In this document: piece after piece, positions 61,063 to 64,000 of the stretch
Numbering within the stretch: position 1 is the first letter of the stretch
Layout of the letters: every line of letters starts with the position of its first letter
Source: Owenia fusiformis
Taxonomy: Eukaryota
Assembly (NCBI GenBank): GCA_903813345.2
Contig: CAIIXF020000001.1
Location: 35,030,001 to 35,094,000 of the forward strand
Direction of reading: 5' to 3'
DNA length: 64,000 nt
The notes under the pieces: model-generated
Told to the model about the DNA's origin: nothing
The model's input: only the letters and a program-made list of their open reading frames with translations
The model's database searches: none
Position numbers and translations under genes: made by a program

Positions 61063-61421
61063 GTATGTAAAATTCTAGATCTACACTATATATTAATGGG
61101 ATTTTCTCGTTAAAAGATCTGTCCAGTTTTCAATTATTCATAAGTATGTGTAGCAAAATAGTTCTCATGAAGAAAATATTTCTGATATTGATACTGATAA
61201 TTGTTGCATCAACCACATGGACACATTAAGGTTGTTCGCCGGGACAAACAAGTGGACTGTGATGCAAAATTTTGTATCTGAGTTGTCACATAGAAATGGC
61301 ATGACTTTTTGCATATTTAGACTGTAACTGTTCCTAAGAACTAGAGGAAGGCACCACTATGTATAAATTGAGTGATCACAGTGAACTTAAATTGTTTCAT
61401 TTTTCACATGGACACATTTAG

Positions 61422-61560
61422 GTTAGTTCCCGAGAGTCCTCGCTGGCTGGCAATGCAGGGGAGAGTAGAGGAGGCAGGACATGTCCTACAGTGGCTTGCT
61501 GACTCTAACAATGTCAAGACATTCACTGTTGATTATGACATCCTCAAACAAGTAGCAAAG
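61422..61560 (+). CDS. SLC22-family transporter, coding exon 5
   Basis: LVPESPRWL signature; ends aag|gtaaat. Confidence 0.93.
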
Positions 61561-63215
61561 GTAAATATTTCATTTTACAATATCTTTAACAAAGGTTTGT
61601 TAAGTAGTGAATTCTGAATTTCTGTTTGATAGAACTTCTGGCTACCAATCAAACAATCAAGGGAGGCTGACTAAGTAATTGCATACACAGCCTAAAAATG
61701 CAAGTATATACAATCATGTAGTTAAGTACATTGGCCTACAATGAGGGCAGGTGTTTTGAACTGGGGATATGGACATGTAATATGAAGAAACATCTGGAAA
61801 AATGCCACTCAGTCAATTATACCCTGGTGAGATCACTGTTATTATGCACCATTCAAAAGTTTGCATGAGACCCCCCCCCCCATGGTGGCATGGATTGGGA
61901 ATTTGACAAAAAACTTTTGACCTGTCTAATTCCTTACCCCGGAGCCAAATAAATGTGGCAATGTCCCTACCCTTGGAGCAATAAATCTGGTCAAATACTC
62001 ACGACCCCCTGGTCCTTCCACCATTTGAAATCTAGTTTAAACATCAAATTTCCTTGTTAGTAGACTAATGCTTGTGAATTGTGAGGGATACACATGCAGT
62101 ACTTTGTTTATCACTGGTGATCCACTCGATTACGCTGGTTACCGAAACGGTTCATTTTGGTAACAAAATATTGGAACATCGAATGTGTGATTTTTCTTTT
62201 TTCATTATTTCACACGTTGTAGGCAGATTGTTTTATCATTTATACGCTCAGGTCCTATCAATACATTTTGTTTAGTACATAGCAATGTAAGCTCTAAAGG
62301 GAGCCATTGTTTAATTTTATTTAATAAAGCACTTACAATAGGACATTCATACAGAAGATGTCAAATCATTTCTACTTATAAAAAGCTTAAGATATACTCT
62401 CTAGGTTTTGCTGAAAAATACAGTTATTAAGTTTCAAGTTTTGCCACTAGATATCTGTAGAGATGTTGGAATTGTTTATGATTGGCACCATACTCACAAC
62501 TTCTTTTCACTTGGCACCTTTTTAGGTAGATCCCAACTATGGCATTAATGGTTGAGAAATAGGAACCAGCCATAGTTTCTCCTGATGACCATGTGAAATA
62601 TTGTGTCTATGAATTATAACATCAGCTCTCAAGATGGATGTTGATTGTTGACTCTTTGTAATGTTTATAGACTTTGAGACTGGATTTTGTCTGTCCCACT
62701 CATCATTTGAGATTGAATAAATATTAGAATAGTATCTATAACTAGTTAAGTTTTGATGTTATGCATATCTTGCTTATCAATTTATCTAAGATATCCTATG
62801 ATACAAAGGGTGTCTCCATCTATCTGTCCATTTCTTGTCTTCATAGTAGCTCAAATAGATCATCTGAACAGTTCTGAAATTGAGGTCCCATGGGACCACC
62901 TAACCATGTGACATGAAATCTTTGTTACATACCAATAAAAAATAAAGAAAAACAGTCCGATGTGTATGTGAAAAAGTGTATGTGAAAAACTAAGGTCTAA
63001 TAATTCATGTAAATATGCAAAATCATACTAGTAATATCATATCTATGTAAAATTATATCTCATAAATTCTCTCCGGCTGCATGCTCAAACCTTCTTTCTG
63101 ACTGGACTATTGATATTTTTAAATTGGCAGTTTAATTCCTATGCATCTATGAATCAAGTGCAAGATTCTGACTCTTACAAATGCAGTGTTAATTTTATTA
63201 ATTTGACTTTACCAG

Positions 63216-63316
63216 GTGGAGCGTGACAAAGTATCAACAGTAAGAGCTTACAGTTACTGGGATTTATGCCGCACCCCTACTCTGGCTAAAGTCACTGCCA
63301 TACTTGGCTATGCCTG
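63216..63316 (+). CDS. SLC22-family transporter, coding exon 6 (gene continues beyond the window)
   Basis: VERDKVSTVRAYSYWDLCRTPTLAKVTAILGYAW|gtaagt (DL.RTP motif before TM7). Confidence 0.88.
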
Positions 63317-64000
63317 GTAAGTCTTAGGAAATTAACTCGTCAGTCTTCCATTGACTATACATGTACATATAAAAAAAAATTTCCCTGGTTTCTGCTGGCA
63401 AAAACATTTAAAGCAGAATAAGAGATATGAGAGGTGACAAAATTGCAAGCAACATATACATACAATTGACCTACCAATCTGTTCTTTACAATACCAAATA
63501 CAGTACATGTGTCTCTCAAATAGATCCACAATATATTAAAAATTGGTATTTTTAAGTATTTTTAAAAGGTTTCAAAGTCCAAAAGTGGGAGAAAAATGTA
63601 TAGATTTTTCCAAATAATGAAAATGGTTACCATATTGATATAATATTGAAAAAATAGTTTTCCTGAAATAAAGTATTTTGTTTAGCCTTTGTTTAGCATG
63701 TAAAAATGTTGAGGTTTGTTTGAATAAAGTATATTTTTGAAAGTACATGTGACAATTGACAAGGAATGACACAAGCCCAAATTATTCTAAAATTGAAACA
63801 ATTTTTGTAAATGCTGTCCACTGGACAAAAGCTACTGATCATAATGAATAAATATATTGTAATATGGATGTCACTGATCTGTGGTCTGAATATGACAAAT
63901 AAGTGTAACATATTAAAATGATGTGTCAACCAGATTATACATTGACAGCTTATTAGACAGTCATAATGCATTTGTTAAACTTCATATTATACAAATATTT

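Noticed and set aside
62582..62600. CTGATGA...GAAA hammerhead-like string
   Set aside because: No stem II can form and flanking stems are unsupported.

Overview
AT-rich animal genomic DNA with GT-AG introns, probably from an invertebrate (lineage not determinable from sequence alone). About 1-55 kb is a dense graveyard of transposable elements. It is dominated by a very young, structurally complete 10.2-kb Ty3/Gypsy LTR retrotransposon (38570-48743, minus strand) with 729-bp LTRs that differ at one base I could see, a TTAT TSD, a tRNA-Leu PBS, and a single gag-pol ORF ending in a chromodomain. Also present: a truncated DIRS/Ngaro-type retroelement, relics of Mag-type and other Gypsy elements, L2/Crack-like, RTE-X-like and CR1 LINE 3' ends, a Mutator/Kolobok-like DDE transposase pseudogene, a tyrosine-recombinase-like ORF, C2H2, OB-fold and F-box pseudo-exons, several non-autonomous Helentrons (HINEs) and many MITEs. 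The right end holds the first six coding exons of an SLC22-family organic cation transporter gene (+ strand) that runs off the window. The most notable higher-order pattern is that nearly all coding relics in 1-48.7 kb lie on the minus strand, as expected of a flamenco-like uni-strand piRNA cluster (an inference needing small-RNA data). All family assignments come from motif recognition by eye, not database searches.
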